In this document: positions 39,300-51,375 of the stretch, in pieces
Position numbering within the stretch: the stretch's first letter is position 1
Layout of the letters: the number at the start of each line of letters is the position of its first letter
Source of the DNA: Chiloscyllium plagiosum
Taxonomy: Eukaryota
Direction of reading: 5' to 3'
DNA: 64,000 bases
Assembly: GCF_004010195.1 (NCBI RefSeq)
Contig: NC_057756.1
Span: 275,401 to 339,400, forward strand
Position numbers and translations under genes: made by a program
The notes under the pieces: generated by a model
Seen by the model: only the letters and a program-made list of their open reading frames with translations
Database searches by the model: none
Told to the model about the DNA's origin: nothing

Positions 39300-40480
39300 T
39301 CCACAGTCCCCCCAGCAGTTTGTGGCCGTTCCTCCTCTATGCCAACAAGCTTGAGTAGGGAGTTGGGTTCTCTTGTAGCTACAGGATGTTGTGAGATGCT
39401 GAGACAAGTTTGGGCTGAAGGAGACTGTGCCAGACTTTGTGACTAATTCGACGGCATTCGCCTTGAGTTGTTGGCCAGGATCCCAAATTCTCTTGTCTGT
39501 TTCTGCTTCTCTGTTGTTGGCTTCACTTGTCTTGCTTTGCTGCTTTGTCTTGTTTGTCTGCTAGGTTTTGTTCTGTTTGTTTTGGTGGTTGTTCTTTGCT
39601 TCTTGTTTGTTTGCTTCCAGGGTAGTGGGATTGCTGAATTCTCAATGCAAGAGAAGGGCTATTGCAGGGGACAAATAAATCTTGTCTCACTGAGCTGGGC
39701 GGCCCACGTCTGGTTGCTTTCTCGATGGAAACACAGATCGCTGTGTTAAATATGTTTGCATCAAGAGTAAAGCAGGAGATACCCTGTTCCTGCCAGGGAT
39801 GAAATATAGACAGTGATTGTTGCTTTTGTCGCATCCAAAATAAAAGGAAAACTGGCGAGGGACAAAATGCTGTTCAAAACGCTGATACAATTCTCGTTAG
39901 CTGGCCACAAGACACAAGTGTGTGTACTCAACAGGGTCCCAGTGTCTGGATGGAAAGTGATGCTGAAGGCATCTTATGCTTTACAAAATTAATAATACAG
40001 AATTTGCTTGCCCCAGGGTTATGACAGGTGAAACCCCATTTGATGAGCTTTGGACCCATGCTAAGGTCCATGGCGTGCTTCAAGACACCCACGATCTGTT
40101 CGAGTGCCAACATTATTTTTTTAATTGGCGAGTACAAATCTGCTGTAATTTTAGTTGCTAACTTCAGGACAACCAGACTTTAATGAATTTGGCATATGGG
40201 ACACATTGGGCAACTATTAAAGACTCCGTTGTGCTTCACCTGGGTCATGGACTAGTGCAGACGCATGAACAACTTGCCTTGAAAATATTGTTAGAATTGC
40301 AAATGGAACGGCTGAGAGGTATTTAGATTTTGCCCACTTGGTTAAGCAGCCATATGTCACAGACAGGATTTATGAGGCTAAATTCCCTAACTTTGACTGT
40401 TCTGGAATATGAGTGCCTTGTTACCCTTACAAGCAAGGAATAAACAAAAGTGAAAAACTGAGATATGAAGAAAGTTGGAA
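39300..40480 (+). pseudogene. Endogenous viral element: bornavirus-like (Mononegavirales) nucleoprotein fossil, EBLN-like
   Basis: Collinear translated blocks VTNSTAFALSCWPG (39439), SKIKGKLARDKMLFKT (39834), AYGTHWATIKD (40192) and YLDFAHLVKQP..KFPN (40320) resemble bornavirus N motifs by eye. Stops and frameshifts are present. Confidence 0.62.
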
Positions 40481-41899
40481 AATGTTCATGTGTGTGAGAG
40501 TGAGTGAGAGAGACAGAAAGAGAGATAGAGACTGACTCAGCACTGATTCACTGAAGCTTGCAGAAGTTTCACCCTTTATGGTCTGGTTTGAATGCCCATT
40601 TGCTTGTCGGTGATTAAGTGTTTGTATTCTGTTCCTTGGAGCTCAAGAGCCGAGACTGTTTGATTTAATTTGATTTTTTGGAGGGAATTTAAGATGATTT
40701 CTTTTAAGATTAAGGAATCATCAGTGATTGTGAAATTAAATATTAACCCTCAACCAGCCCCCGCCACCTCCATTCTTTTACAAGCTATGACTGCCCGCCT
40801 GTCAATTTCTAACTGATCACTTTTATGCTTACATGAAAACCAATTTTATTTAATTTCAAATCAGTTTAATATGGAGGAAGACGACATTACAATCTTTTCA
40901 AAAAAAGTCTTCTCCTTTGATTCCGCACCATTTGACCTCAGTATAAATTTCCTCTCAAATTCCCCATAATCTCATGCTACTGCCAAAGATTATTTTCACC
41001 CCCTCACCCCGACGTGTTGGACTAATGAAAGAATTGACTAAAGGAAGTAAAGCAGGAGCACTAAATCTGGGCCTCAGCTGCAGAATCATTCTGTTCCAGG
41101 ATGAGAGCAGGTCTCTGCTCAATCTTAATCTAAACCTTACATTGAGGAAAATCACTTCAGACTTCAACATTTGCTCAGTGAGTGGAGGAACTGCATGAAC
41201 TTTGTTTCATTTAGTTAAATATTGTAAAACTGGAAGTAGAAAGATAGATCTAAAATATCCCAAACCAATAGCATTGTTTTCAGAAAATGATATTAGCAGA
41301 TTTAAGTCTTGTTTCAGACTAGTTTGTTTCCATTTAATTTTAAGACTGCTGCATCTCATTGTTGATTATGGAGTGCCAGTCGTAGATTTATTCCATATCA
41401 ACCTCCCTCCCTCATTGACAATTGAAGTTTCAGTTCAACATTATGTTGTGATAAATCATGTAACAACATTAATTGTTAATATCTGTGTCTTTGGATTCAG
41501 CCATTATTTGTACATGAGAAGTATTTTGTTACCATGTGAGTAGACAAGACCTTTTAAGGCAGCTGCAGTCATTTCACAGCCGATAGCATTGTAAATAAGC
41601 ACTGACCGGTCAGAACCACTTACAGAACCTAATCTGGGATTTAAATTAAGGGACTAGAATCAGGTAACTATAAAGGATTTCAGAGTTGGAAACTGTGTAC
41701 ATTTTACATTTTAAATATTGAATTTTGAATAAGTGATTTTCCAGTTCATATTGATGATTTTTAAAATGTCTTTGTCACTTGCTCAGTTTCCACCTCTGAA
41801 TTACATATAATGATTATTTTAGTTATTATTTTTGAATCACCAATTGTATTAGCCCTGATCACAAAATCAGAAATTAATTGGCAGGATTGCTTGGTTTTA

Positions 41900-44340
41900 T
41901 TCCTTTACACATTGTCAGTGACCTTTCTCATTGCCTCATGGTTAATTTGAATGGAAAGATACCTGACTGGCCAGTTGAAGGAATTCTGCATGTGATTGGA
42001 TGATAGAGGTATGTACAGCAGATGGAACTCCCAAATGCTGACTGTGAATTCGTAGATGAAAAAACAAAGGGAACATGAGAAACAGTGCAAGGCCACTAAG
42101 GCTGAGCATGTACAAACAGGGTTAAAGCAACAACGCTGTAAAATAAAGAACTTAGACTTGGGATTCTGAGTGGAATCTTTAACTGGCATACTGACCCTAT
42201 TTGAGGATGAGGATGACACTGATCGGGATGGGGATATTATTCCTGGATACCTGCTGAGCCTCTAACATCTCCTAACTGTCTCCAGCACAACCCCCGTTAT
42301 GACAAACCTTTCCTTCATTTGAAAATGAAGCGTCCAGTTTTCATAGCTGATATCATGGGGATAAACGGCCTGAGCAATCCGAAGCCAGGGGCCATCCTGG
42401 GAATCAGCCATTTTAATGAAGCATGCCCCTGACCGCAATAACAAACCAGCCCAATTTGTTCAATATGTCCAAAAGGATGACACAGATGTAAACGCAACAA
42501 AATTCTCAGAGTGGCCTGAATACGAATGGCTTGTGTTATAAGACTGAAATATGTCGCCGTCTGTCTGAAAATTGAAAAATAATCAAGAAGTTGATTCACC
42601 TTTGTTTGACCCTATGTTTTTGCAATGTTTTCCTCCTGGTGTCACTGACATGATTCGGAGAAACAATATGAACGAGTCCAGGAATTTCCAGTCGCAAATG
42701 AGGTGAGCAGTGGTTTTCTATTGGGATGGCCAGAACCAGACTGAACCACGATCCAAGTTACAGGTAAAACCGATTATATCCAGCGCCCTCGAGGTCCCAA
42801 ATGCCCTGAGCCAGCCCTGACAGGGTTGATTGGGACCAGGATACACACTGGGGGCAGAACCTACCTCAGATGCCCGCTCAGCAATGACTGATGAGCAACC
42901 CTTTCCTGAGGGGACCATGGAAGTGGGGACAGGTGGATCCCCAGAACAACACCTTTGAGACTGGGAACAGAACTGCAAAATCCCGAGGGACAAATGGCGG
43001 GCCCTTGCATTAACTGTGGAAATGTGGCCACTGGGCAGCGGCGTGTCCTTATCATTACATTGGAGCTAATGTGGGGATCGACTTGCTTGCATCCTAGCAG
43101 AAGGATAATCTGTAAATATATACATTGACCTTTGTTGTGCTTTTGGTGTGACATACGATTACAGAGCCTTATGAGAACATAGAGAACTTAACCTACACAG
43201 GACAATCTATTAGTAATGTTGCTTTGATCAGATTAGATTACCCACAGTGTGGAAACAGGCTCTTCGGCCCAACAAGTACAGACTGACACTCCGAAGAGCA
43301 ACCCACCCAGACCCATTCCCCTTCACCTAACACTACAGGCAATTTAGCATGGCCAATTCACCTGACCTGCACATTTTTGGATGGAAACCACAGCACAGCA
43401 AAAACAGGGAGAATGTACAAAGTCCACACAGACAGTTGCCTGAGGCAGGAATTGAACCCGGGTCTCTGGCGCTGTGAGGCAGCAGTGCAAACCACTAGTC
43501 TGGCAGTAATTAAAATGTTCAGCTCACACTAGGTAAATGATACAGTCTCCAAAGAAAATGAGTGAGTAGATGCTGCTGCCAGGCAGGCAGCTTTACACCC
43601 CAAACTTCTGGTCCCATTGGGTCCGCAGCAAAACCTGGTTACAGACAATATAGGAACGGGTATGCCAGACCTGAGTAAGGTACAGAACTCACAGGGGAAG
43701 CCCCTGCTGAAGAGCACAAACTATGGAATCAAATGGGGTGCTCCCTCGATACTCAAACTAAAACGTGGGTGACCCCTGCTGGACAGGTTTATATTCCTCC
43801 TTTGCTGCTGCCTATTTTAGTTGATTATGTGCATTATTGTACACCGTTGGGCAAGGAGGGAGTAGTTAATACTCTATTACAAACTTGGTGGCACCCAGAT
43901 TTTCAGAAAGCAGCAAAGAAAAGAGCTGAAGCATGTTTAACTTGTAAATAAGCAAGACACATGCTGTAAAAGGGCTACCTTGAGGTTGTTCACCACTTCC
44001 TTGCCTGGTGGACCTTTTACTTGTCTACAATTTGCTTTTATACAATCACCTCACGCACATTGTTATGAATATTGTCTAACAATAATAGATGTATTTAGTA
44101 GATGAATCAAAACCATCCCAAAGACTGATACAGCTGCCATTATAGCGTTGGACAAGTGGGAAATATCTGCATCAGTTAACCAAAACTCTTCAAAGCTGAC
44201 ATTCACAGGTACGCCAAGCCTAAGAATTAGGACTGGGGCAAATTGGAGCCGAGATGGAAAGGCCCGTTCCTTGTCCTGCAGGGCACCCATTCAGTAGTCA
44301 AGGTGAAGGGGAGGGCCAAATGGATGCACACAACACAATT
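41900..44340 (+). mobile_element. ERV-3: heavily deleted class I-like provirus (gag, RNase H, integrase remnants)
   Basis: WPVEGIL (MA-like); CINCGN-GHWAAAC knuckle (~43007); VNIYIDL..AFG and AVIK-CSAHT (RNase H, one frameshift); HYCTPLG..WWHP..CLTCK; IIDVFSR; WKGPFLVL. Confidence 0.78.
43230..43494 (-). mobile_element. HE1-like V-SINE inserted into ERV-3 RNase H
   Basis: Reverse complement of the SINE head and core, with GATTAGATTA tail. Confidence 0.9.
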
Positions 44341-44359
44341 ACAGCAGAGCCCTACAGTA

Positions 44360-46400
44360 GCTCCTTACAGCAGACTTTAAACACCCGAGGCCCACACAGA
44401 ATACCAGCATGAGTGCAATGAGGAGAACTATCCCATGTGCCAAATAGGGTCCCCAACATTTGGCTATCAACCAATTTAATCAGCTGTCTGTAATTGTAGC
44501 TCCCTGTCAAAAATTATCTAGCTGGTCTTGATATTCTTGATGGCTTCTGTAATATTATAAGAGTCATCAACAACATGGGTAATACAATTGTCAGCAATAA
44601 TTGTACAAACTCCCCCTTGCTGTGCTAATTGATAATCCACCATGTAACTTTGTCTGCTGTGTGTAGAGTCTGAATTCAGCCAACTCTCTATTAATTGCTT
44701 CCAGAGCTTTTGAGGTATTATTGCCTAAGATAGTCAGAGCACATATGGAGGAACCTCAATTATCCAAACGAGATGGGTGGGCATTGTATCGTTTGGATAG
44801 TTGATTATTCAGCTAATTGATTCAATGGCTCTCCTCTGGGGTTGGAATTTTCTGAAGTTTCCTTTTTCCTTGCTCTGCCTGCCTTTCTCCCTCTTTGTCT
44901 CAGGGTTTGTATCTGAGCAGACACATGACCTGCAGCATTGCTGAAGCCTCCCCCCCCCCACTTCCCTAATCAGCTCAATGGGATTAACACAATGAACGCT
45001 TGGTAAATCTGCTCCCCATTTTGGAGACTGGGCAGCAGCACATTGCATGCAAACCCCCACACCCTCCCCTCCCATCTGCGTCCCCCTCCAGGGCTGCTGG
45101 ACTGGACACCAACAGTAAGACTGCTGCTATCTTTGGGAGGGTGATTCTCAAACACACACACACCTTTTTACTGCAACTTTGTGACAAGTTTCACCTTTTG
45201 CCCTGTACAGGAAAATGTTGGAGAGATTATCTGGAAAAGAGGGATTTAGGGTACACGTGAGGAGAAAGAGAGGGCGGTTGGTCAATCATTTGGAGACAGT
45301 GCCTGGGCTCCCATCAATGTCCAGGACTGTTCTCAGCAGCATTTCAGGAAGCTGAATTCATTTTAATCATTGCAAACAAGAGACATGCTCAGTTTTAGAA
45401 ACACCTCTTTGATGTATCGTTTGTATTGGGACCTTGAGATCTTCTTTGGATAATCCGAAATTCGGATAATTGACATTCAGATAAATGAGGTTCCTCTGTA
45501 CAAGGTAATTTCAGTTTTTAGCACTGACGACCCCTGCTGCGCCTCCAAAGATAGAGATCCCAAGAATCTGTATCCCAATGATGACCCCAAAGTGGTGAGA
45601 ACCTGCCAGTCAGCACAGAACCCCTGACTGATGGAGTAGGTCACTATCCTTCTCCGAACATATCCCCCACTGGGGCATGGGACAGTAAAGGGTGCAATCA
45701 TCCCTACTGCAAACAGATTTGGGAGGGCTGGGGCGCCTGTCACATTTGTCCCCTTAAATAGCAAAACAAATCCCTTCGTCGCTGGGTAACAGACATTGTC
45801 CTGTCCTTCCAATTGTCTGCCCACCCGTGTCGCCCCCTGATCCCGAGTGCTCCCCCTCCAGCCCCAGCTGGGAAATATTGAACGGGTATGTCCATGTGGC
45901 AGAGCTGACATTGGTGCCATTACACTGACCACATATGAATTGTCTGCCCGCGGTCACATTTAAGCATGCCTGCTTGCTGCAGGTGCAGGTAAACTGTCCC
46001 CTAGTGACTGTACAGTGCACTGTGTCTGGATGCATGAGTCGGTTTTGGGAACCAAGGCATAAATGCATCCCCATCCCTGTCCTGTGAAGCAGAGTGGGTA
46101 ATTACTGGGTTTTAAATTAGTCTTCCCTTCCCTCAGCTGGGGGACCCGGCCCCATGGACCGGTAGTCCTGCCCACATGCACACATCTACCCTGGAGTACC
46201 TATTTGAATTTCCCTATCTGCCCCTTACATAGTGCTCCCAAGGTGTCTACTGTATATAGCTCGCAAGAGGACCTCACTAGGGTGGCCACAAATAGGGATC
46301 CTACTGATCACACCAGTGGGTAGCAGACATTGCGGTTGCATATAAACTTAGGTGGGTTTTATAGAAGAGGTTATCTTCAAATCCTGACATGCTCCCGACA
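44360..46400 (-). pseudogene. env: ERV-2 env (SU plus TM), split by a MITE
   Basis: After removing the MITE: NYLVCALTILGNNTSKAL..RLYTQQ..YMVDYQLAQQGGVCTIIADNCITHV..NIT, then a TM helix GIVLLIALMLVFCVGLG. Cys-rich SU upstream. Confidence 0.85.
44746..45498. mobile_element. Non-autonomous Tc1/mariner (Tigger/pogo-like) MITE
   Basis: TIRs (TG)GAGGAACCTCAATTATC / GATAAATGAGGTTCCTCTG; TA at 44744-44745 and 45499-45500. Excision restores the env frame. Confidence 0.85.
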
Positions 46401-46486
46401 GTCACAACAGTTAAACACAGTAAAGTACAGACAAGTACATACGTATTGCAGTTAAATAAAGTTATCAGTCAAGGTCTTTGTTTTCG

Positions 46487-49400
46487 TCAGGAGGTGTAGT
46501 CATGCTTCTGTGTGGTTTGTTCTGTTGTGTTTTCAGTACTCCCCCCGGGATGACCGTCTTGTCTGCCGTTCCCGTTTGAACCTGGGGAGTCTTTAAACGG
46601 TTTTAGATGGGTCCAATGCTTCCATGTACCTTTTCCTTTAATATCTATACAGGCACAGGTGTCCCCACTTATCACCACGTCATATGGCCCCTTCCATTTT
46701 GGGACAAAGCCTGGTTTGTCAGGCAGTGCTCACCAGGATGCGGTTCCTGCTGCTGGGACCTCAAGGAAGATTTTGAGTTCCCCTGCCTTGTCCTTTTTGC
46801 CCTGTCTGTCGATTACAGATTTCCACATCCCTTTCAATTGGGTCCTTAATTCTATCACATACTGCCGAATTCTGTCTTTTAGTGGACCACATCGGTGCCA
46901 CCTGTGATTATTGTCTCTGACAATTGCATTGCTCGCCCGGTCATTAACTCATATGGTGTTAACCCGGTTGCCTGATTCGTGGTAGCTCTTAATGTCATTA
47001 GTATGGCAAGCAGCACTTCAGCCATGTTCTGCCTGAAGTTCTGCATAGCCTTAGCTAAAGTATTTTTGTGCATTCTATCCATTCTCTCTCCCATGCTCTA
47101 GGGGAGATAGGGAATGTGAAATTTTTGTCTAATGCCGAGTATTTGGCAGAGTCTTCATGACTTTTCCTGTAAAATGCGTCCCTTGGTCAGAGTTGATCTG
47201 GAGAGGCATCCCCCCACCTCAGGATTACCTCCTCTGCTAATATTCGGGCCACATTGATCGCAGTGCAGCTTTTGGTCGGGAATGCCTCTACCCGCCGGGT
47301 GAATTAGTCTATGATGACCAGGCAGTATGTTTTCCCACAAGACATGGTAGTGACCCTGTAAAATCTACCTGAAGGTGTTTCCAGGGTCCCCTTGGTCTGG
47401 GCTGGTGTCCCATCCTAACTTTTATGGGTCTCCCTGGGTTATGTTGTGCACAAACCATGCATCTGTGGCAGTATTTGGCCACATCTCTTCCCATTCACTT
47501 CCACCACCACTCTCTCCCTAGGCTTGCTATCATGGCCTCTCTACTTGTATGGGAGAGCCTGTGGTGTAGTTCAAGCAATATGTTCTGTATTCACATTGGC
47601 GCTACCACCGTGTCTGCTCACCTCCAGACACCATCCTCCCCTTTGAATGCCCCCTGCACTTCCCATTTCTCTCTCTCTTCCTGTGGGGTGTCCTCCTGTA
47701 GATGCTGAATTTGGATCGTGTCTTTTGCTCATTCAATGGTGGCTATTGCAGCCTCGTCAATGGCTTGTTGTTCTAGGGCATTCTCAGCTGCTCAGTCTGC
47801 TGCCTGGTTTCCTTTGAATTTTAGCCAACCTGGACTCTCCTTTGCTGGCTCTTTTCAATGGGCCATTATTTTAATTACTGCAGCCTGTTTTGGCTGTTCA
47901 CTGGTATGCAATAGTGCCTGAATTCTTAATTGGTGTCTGATAGTGGTTCCTCCTGCAGTCATGAACCCTCTTCCACCCCCATGCCACCACCTAGTCATGG
48001 ACTACACTGAAGACATATTGACTGTCCGTATATATATATATTCACCATTTTTCCATTTGCTAGTTTCAGTGCTTTGGTGAGTGCCACCAGATCTACTACC
48101 TGTGCAGACTGACTTCCGTCAATCCTCCCAAACATAACTGTTTCTAACTTATCATTTACCACAGCCCATCCTGTTTGGGGAGACCCAGCTACGTATTTTT
48201 GTGACCGTCCATGAAGAGGGTTTCCTCAGCTGTGTCTAGGAGGGTATCTTTTACTCTCCCACCAATCATCATCCCCATCTATATCGCCACAGCTGTGCGG
48301 TTCCCCGTGTCTAGAATTCCCTCAGCTGGGTTTTCTCCCATATCCCTGACTATTACCACGGACCAACTTGAAGGTAAAAGAACTGCTTCCCACTTTGCCC
48401 TTCTCATATTGGAAATGGCACTCAGTTTCCCTGTGTTTAGCATCTCTACTCGGATGTGTTTAGTGTGGAGGGTGACATTCTCTGTCATTAATATGGGCTT
48501 GCTAATCCTAACTGCCCAAGCAGCACAGTCTAAGGCTGCTTTGCACCTGCGCAACCCGGTCACTACTGGCCCTCCTGTAGTTGAGTAGTACCCTATGGCC
48601 TTCCCCTGCTACCGTGGTTTTGGGTGACCACTGTGGAGTAAAATCTTCTCTCATTACTACAGTGGATGTGAAAATCCTTGCTGGGATCTGGCAGCCCTAT
48701 CCCAGGGGCCGATATGAGTCGAGACTTCAGCTGACTGTATGCCTCTTCCTGTTCCGGCCCCCAGGTCACAGGTTCCAAGGCGGGTTTGCCTCCTTTAATT
48801 AGTCTCTGGATCGGTTCAGCCAATTTTGCGAATTCTGGTATAATGCTCCTTCTGTAATTAAATAGCCCCAAGACCGTTCTGACTCCACTGACTGTCGCAG
48901 GTCGTGGCATCTGCTGGAGTGCTTTCTAACAGTCATTGGGCATTTCTTTGGGTTCCTAGGATATGAGGTGTCCCAGGTATAAGACTTTGTCTTCTGCCAA
49001 TTTGTGCCCTTGTGGGGCCATCTTTTAACCCTGCAGTTGTCAATTCCTATAACACTAGACATAAAACTTCCTGCTGTCCTGACTTGGACTCTGAGGCAAT
49101 TAGCATATCATCTACATATTGGAGGGCAGTGCTACCCTCTGGTAAATCTAGTCTGTTCAGAATGTCACTCATCACCCTATGAAAAATAGTGGGGCTGTTG
49201 TGGAACCCTTGTGGCAGGCGAGTCCACATATACTGCCTGTCCCTTACTGTAAAGCAAATTTATTCTGGGACTCTGGGTGTAAGGGGATAGACCAGAGCCA
49301 GTTGGCTATGTCTAAAACAGTAAAAATCTTGTGCTCGGCAGCCAAATCATTTAAAATGGTGGAGGGATCTGCTACAATGGGGTGCAATTTGGGGGTGAAA

Positions 49401-51190
49401 ATAGAACATAGAACATAGAACAATACAGCACAGAACAGGCCCTTCGGCCCACGATGTTGTGCCGAACATTTGTCCTAGCTTAAGCACCCATCCATGTACC
49501 TATCCAATTGCCGCTTAAAGGTCACCAAAGATTCTGACTTTACCACTCCCACAGGCAGCGCATTCCATGCCCCCACCACTCGCTGAGTAAAGAACCTACC
49601 CCTAACATCTGTCCTATACCTACACAACCTTAATTTAAAGCTATTATCCTCTGTGAGAAGAAATGCACCGTCACCTATTGATATGAACAAGAGTTGAACA
49701 TAGGGGCTCAGGGAAGAGTGAATGGCCACGATATAAAGGCAATATTTGACTGAGGGTGTCATCGGGACAACCTATATATTTGAGCTGAATGGGAATTAGG
49801 TGTAACCTCCCGACTCGTTGGGGTCTTTCAGAGTACAAAGAAAGATGCTTGAGATCAATGGTCGACAGTCTTCTCAGTCCCCGGACATTTCTTCAGGAGA
49901 TCCTTAGGTTAGTTCCTTAGCACAAACACCTTCAGCTGTTTCATCAATGTCTTTCGCCATCACAAGATCAGAAGTTGGGAGGGTTACTGAAGATCACACA
50001 ATGTTCAGAACAATGTGCCCCTCACCCCCTCAGCTCCTGAACCAATCTGTGTCCATGTGCAGCAAAACCTGGACAAAATTCAGTCATGTGCTGTTAAAGT
50101 GCCTGTGACATTCATACAACAGCACGGACAGATACTGTACATTTCCACAGTTAAAAGAGAAGCTCATTCAGCATCTCAAGCTTGTTACGCACTGATATTT
50201 GGAAGCTATTCAGCCCATCGAAATTACTGATCAAGAAGAGGGACAACACATTCAATTCTCCTGCCTGTTCCAAGGAAGAGGTTGGGTCTGGTCAGCACAT
50301 CGAGCTGTTAAATAGGAGCAGGCAGAGCCCAATCAGGCGCTTGAACCTATTCCATGTAACCAAGTGCTGGCTGTCCCTAATCAAGCAGTGTCTTTCCAGA
50401 TACTCATAAATCCTATTCCTCAGTACCCTTTCCATTACTTTACCTACCACCGAAGTAAGACTTACTGGCCTGTAATTCCCGGGGTTATCCCTATTCCCTT
50501 TTTTGAACAGGGGCACAACATTCGCCACTCTCCAGTCCCCTGGTACCACCCCCGTTGACAGTGAAGATGAAAAGATCATTGCCAACGGTACTGCAATTTC
50601 CTCTCTTGTTTCCCACATAATCCTAGGATATATCCCATCAGGCCCGGGGGACTTGTCTATCCTCAAGTTGTTCAAAATGTCCAACACATTTGGACCTACC
50701 CTCGTTCTCGTCATTAACATTTCGGGCATAAGCCCTTCTTCAGGAATGATTCCTGAAGAAGGGCTTATGCCCGAAACGTCAATTCTCCTGCTCCTTGGAT
50801 GCTGCCTGACATGCTGCACTTTTCCAGCAACACATTTTCAGCTCTGATCTCCAGCATCTGCAGTCCTCACTTTCTCCTCTGCAATTTGGGTGTGACCTTA
50901 TTTCGTCCTGTATAATCAATGGTGAGCTTGTAGCTCCCATCAGGCTTTAGTACTGGCCACATCGGGGAATTAATTGTACTTGTAGTTTCTTTCAGGTTTC
51001 CCGGTTTCATTAGTCCTTTCACTATCTCCACAACTGCGTGTTCTGCTTTGGGTTTTATTGAGTTTTGCCGGTGGGGCTTATGCTTCACTCCGGGAACCCT
51101 TATAGGGTCTATGTTAACTATACCTTTTAACATTTGGGGGTGAAAATGTGTTGCTGGAAAAGCGCAGCAGGTCAGAAACTTTGTTTCCAT
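46487..51190 (-). pseudogene. pol: ERV-2 pol (RT, tether, RNase H, integrase)
   Basis: NSPMWPVLKPDGSYKLTIDY; LDIANWLWSIPL; WTRLPQGFHNSPTIF; LQYVDD; LGLFNY; integrase CHRCMVC, GPWKHLQVDF, TPYELMTGR and GPY. Confidence 0.92.
49399..50879. mobile_element. Composite insertion in ERV-2 RT: PLE terminus pair plus nested CR1 fragments
   Basis: Duplicated TGCAATTTGGG(G/T)GTGA at 49383-49398 and 50880-50895. RT reads through (NKVTPKL|HPIV) when the insertion is removed. Palindromic hammerhead pair at 50716-50781. Confidence 0.8.
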
Positions 51191-51375
51191 CCAGGCTGCA
51201 GGGATTGAGGGGCAGATGAATCTGAATCCCCCCCTTTGAGGTTCCAGTCCCTACTGTAACCACTTTAATACTTTCAAGGTGACTTGCAAGTTTCCCAATT
51301 TCGGTCTCTCGACCATCAATTTCCCTTTTGCACAAGTCATTAGAACATTATATTCTTTCATGAGATCATTGCTCA

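Noticed and set aside
39468..39749. 93-aa ORF with a long hydrophobic, TM-like stretch
   Set aside because: It arises from the T-rich low-complexity insert and has no ATG start.
41905..42702. Coding-like region ending in GAG|GTGAG, first read as a host exon or further bornavirus genes
   Set aside because: Better explained as ERV-3 gag: WP-x-x-G motif, downstream zinc knuckle, then RNase H and integrase.
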